The notes under the pieces were generated by a model. It made no database searches, was not told where the DNA came from, and was given only the letters and a program-made list of their open reading frames with translations. Of a stretch of 64,000 bases of DNA, positions 62,584 to 64,000 are shown in pieces; within the stretch, counting starts at the first letter, position 1; every line of letters starts with the position of its first letter. The DNA is from Candidatus Nomurabacteria bacterium. Its GTDB lineage: Bacteria; Patescibacteriota; Minisyncoccia; Phycocordibacterales; UBA9973. A program made the translations under genes and the position numbers. The stretch spans positions 85,878 to 149,877 of the forward strand of contig JAHFNJ010000001.1 in the NCBI GenBank assembly GCA_023267375.1, given 5' to 3'.

Positions 62584-62892
62584 TTATTTTGCTGCTTTGA
62601 GTTCTTTTCGTTTCTTTGTTGGAGCCTTCTTTGAGAGAACGTTCTTTTTCTTTCCCTCAACCATTTTCTTGTGAACCATAAAGTTATGGAGTGTTGGAGA
62701 TGGTCGGGCGCCATTGGCAATCCAGTGCTTGATGCGGTCTTCTTTCAAAAGAACCTCACCAGACTTTGGATTGTATGAACCCAAAATCTCCTGGAATTTA
62801 CCACTTTTTGCTGAATTTTTGTGGTCGGTCAAAACGACGCGGAAATGCGCTTCGTTCTTGCGGCCAATACGTTGTAATCTGATTGCTAACAT
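62584..62892 (-). CDS. rpsP: 30S ribosomal protein S16
   Basis: IRLQRIGRK....FRVV, E.LG.YNP, W...GA.PS. Confidence 0.96.
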   Translation of the reverse strand: MLAIRLQRIGRKNEAHFRVVLTDHKNSAKSGKFQEILGSYNPKSGEVLLKEDRIKHWIANGARPSPTLHNFMVHKKMVEGKKKNVLSKKAPTKKRKELKAAK

Positions 62893-63006
62893 GTGTCCCG
62901 ATATACTAACAGAAACCGATTAAAATGGCAAGAAAATACTGGACTCAAACGAGACACCTAATCCTACACCTTGTCAATATCACTATTTTGTGCTATTTTA
63001 TAGGCA

Positions 63007-64000
63007 ATGAAAAAACGCAAAAAACAGCATTCTGACTCCCCTCTCCACCGGAACCACAATCACAAGAAGCACACCACGAATAAAAAAATACATTCACATT
63101 CTCCTCGCAGCACTCCGCATTCCACTAGAAGCCAGGAGTCAGGTGCTAAGAGCTCGTTTGAAGGCATCATTTCCGTATCCGGCAAAGGCACGGGCTATTT
63201 GCGCATCGGAGCAGGAAAAGATGATGTAGAAGTATCATTCGAAAATTTAAACACCGCGCTTAATGGCGACATCGTCAAAGCAGAGATCGCCAAGAAAAAA
63301 GGTGCGCCTGCCTCAGGAAAAGTCGTTGATATTATCCGCCGGGCAAAAGTTGGTTTTTCTGGCACACTCAATCAAGATGGCAATGTGTACTATTTGAATG
63401 CCTCCGATTCAAAAATGTACATGAATATCGCTATTCCAAAAACAGAACTGGCTGGCGCAAAAGTGGGGCAAAAAATATTTGTGACGATTACGAAATGGGA
63501 TGATCCAAAAACCGCTCCGATTGGAAAAGTAGAACGCGTATTAGGCCAGCCGCTTGAAAACAATGCTGAGATGGAAGGCATCGCGCTTGAACGCGGGTTC
63601 GATGAATCATTTCCATCAGATGTCGAGCGAGAAGCCAAAGCACTTGAAGCGGGGGCAGCAGCAGACTTTGCTGCCGAAATACCAAACCGTCGCGACTTCC
63701 GTGGAACAACCACATTCACCATCGACCCCGAAGATGCAAAAGATTTCGATGACGCGATTTCGCTTCGCACACTCGAAAATGGCAACTTTGAAATCGGCAT
63801 CCACATCGCCGACGTTTCGCATTTCGTCAGAAAAGGCACTGCGCTCGACACGGAAGGATATCGCCGTGGTACATCGGTGTATCTCGTCGACCGCACCATC
63901 CCGATGCTTCCTGAAGTACTCTCAAATGATTTATGTAGTTTGAAACCAAACGTGGATCGCCTTACCATGAGTGCCGTTTTTACGATGAACAAAAAAGGTG
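63007..64000 (+). CDS. rnr: Ribonuclease R family exoribonuclease (partial, runs off the window end)
   Basis: Not in ORF track because it has no stop in the window; translates to RRDFR...TFTIDPEDAKDFDDAIS, IGIHIADVSHFV, RGTSVYL.DR.IPMLPE.LSN. Confidence 0.93.
   Translation, partial: MKKRKKQHSDSPLHRNHNHKKHTTNKKIHSHSPRSTPHSTRSQESGAKSSFEGIISVSGKGTGYLRIGAGKDDVEVSFENLNTALNGDIVKAEIAKKKGAPASGKVVDIIRRAKVGFSGTLNQDGNVYYLNASDSKMYMNIAIPKTELAGAKVGQKIFVTITKWDDPKTAPIGKVERVLGQPLENNAEMEGIALERGFDESFPSDVEREAKALEAGAAADFAAEIPNRRDFRGTTTFTIDPEDAKDFDDAISLRTLENGNFEIGIHIADVSHFVRKGTALDTEGYRRGTSVYLVDRTIPMLPEVLSNDLCSLKPNVDRLTMSAVFTMNKKG

Overview
A 64-kb chromosomal segment from a small-genome bacterium, most likely Patescibacteria/CPR (Parcubacteria-like), using standard code 11. 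The housekeeping backbone comprises udg, ndh-like, ddl, uvrC/uvrA/uvrB, tgt, mreBC, proS, rpsB-tsf, rpoB-rpoC-dnaG-rpoD, rpsP-khpA-nudix-trmD, a partial rnr and three tRNAs (Ala-GGC, Ala-TGC, Thr-TGT). Main points of interest: (1) A 14-kb locus in which two soluble VirD4/TraD-like ATPases bracket five diverged ~560-aa Cys-rich zinc-ribbon/solenoid paralogues that share a CxxC-x17-CxxC-type module with one ATPase. (2) Structured non-coding elements, including tRNA trailers (one carries inverted and direct copies of the tRNA-Thr 3' end), a 126-bp ERIC-like element, a REP-like CCCAGTA/TACGGG family and a promoter-driven ~155-nt rod-shaped RNA candidate. (3) Heptamer-repeat tracts that themselves spell sigma70 promoters. 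(4) About ten self-contained orphan gene cassettes slotted between housekeeping genes, two of them bounded by duplicated -35-containing repeats. (5) Apparently pervasive leaderless transcription. No CRISPR, integrase, transposase or reverse transcriptase was seen. All family calls come from motif recognition by eye; no searches were run.
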